Below the pieces are notes generated by a model. The model searched no databases and was not told the DNA's origin. It was given only the letters and a program-made list of their open reading frames with translations. A DNA stretch of 17,290 bases, taken from assembly GCA_000388065.2 (NCBI GenBank), contig KB932217.1; one strand, written 5' to 3'. The stretch is from Fonticula alba ATCC 38817. Taxonomy: Eukaryota; Protista; Nucleariida. Positions 16,869-17,290 of the stretch are shown here, piece by piece. A program made the translations under genes and the position numbers. Every line of letters starts with the position of its first letter. Position 1 is the stretch's first letter.

Positions 16869-17290
16869 CCGTTCGACGGGAAACGAAGCGACCAGAAGAA
16901 CGCCGCCCTGGTGTGCACCAATAAACAATCTCCACGGCGCGGCGTGCGGCCGGCGCCCGGGCCCTCCAACGCTTGCGACCGGCGAGCGCAGGCCCGGCGC
17001 GATCACACCGGCCGACGCCGCACGGGCAACGAGGGCGCGCCTGCCAGGCGCCGTCCCCCCCCCCCCCCCAGGGGCGGGGGCGTCTCGCCCAACCCCCGGC
17101 CGGGGACGACCCGCGGGGGTGGCGCCGGCCGGGCCGGGGCCCGGCAAAAGCAGCCCATGTCGATGGCCAGGCGCGCCCACCGGCCCCCCCTCTCCTGCCG
17201 TCCCCGCCGTTCCTGCCGCCGGGCGGCGTGCGTCTGATGCACGCGCACCGAGCGCAGGGCCGAATCATTAACCGACCGATCCCCCCCCCC

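Noticed and set aside
16416-17290. Additional gene, RNA gene or mobile element at the right end
   Set aside because: Only low-complexity GC-rich sequence, C/G runs and a (GT)n tract; no coding signal, tRNA/rRNA structure, terminal repeats or transposase/RT motifs.

Overview
GC-rich, intron-rich eukaryotic genomic DNA from a draft scaffold with two N gaps (1772-2457, 15451-15742). The style suggests a unicellular opisthokont-like protist (e.g. Fonticula-like), but this is a guess from style only. Six protein genes can be spliced by hand: (1) organellar/bacterial-type isoleucyl-tRNA synthetase (minus, 4218 to <250, runs off the left edge); (2) an intronless orphan type-I membrane protein with an (Ala-Thr)12 tract (plus, 4936-6078); (3) a four-exon unknown gene that the ORF track does not show, with a weak MPN/JAB-like segment and an ambiguous 3' end (plus, 6673 to ~8203); (4) a metallo-beta-lactamase-fold hydrolase (minus, 9604-8350); (5) PIG-W/GWT1 inositol acyltransferase (plus, 10275-12360); (6) a DNAJB12/14-like ER J-protein (minus, 16415-14039). 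The most notable window-wide signal is that 21 of 22 inferred splice donors have C at +4 (GTRCGY), and a textbook GTAAG donor appears to be skipped. No mobile element, CRISPR array or RNA gene is supported. Most long ORFs in the track are GC or repeat artefacts.
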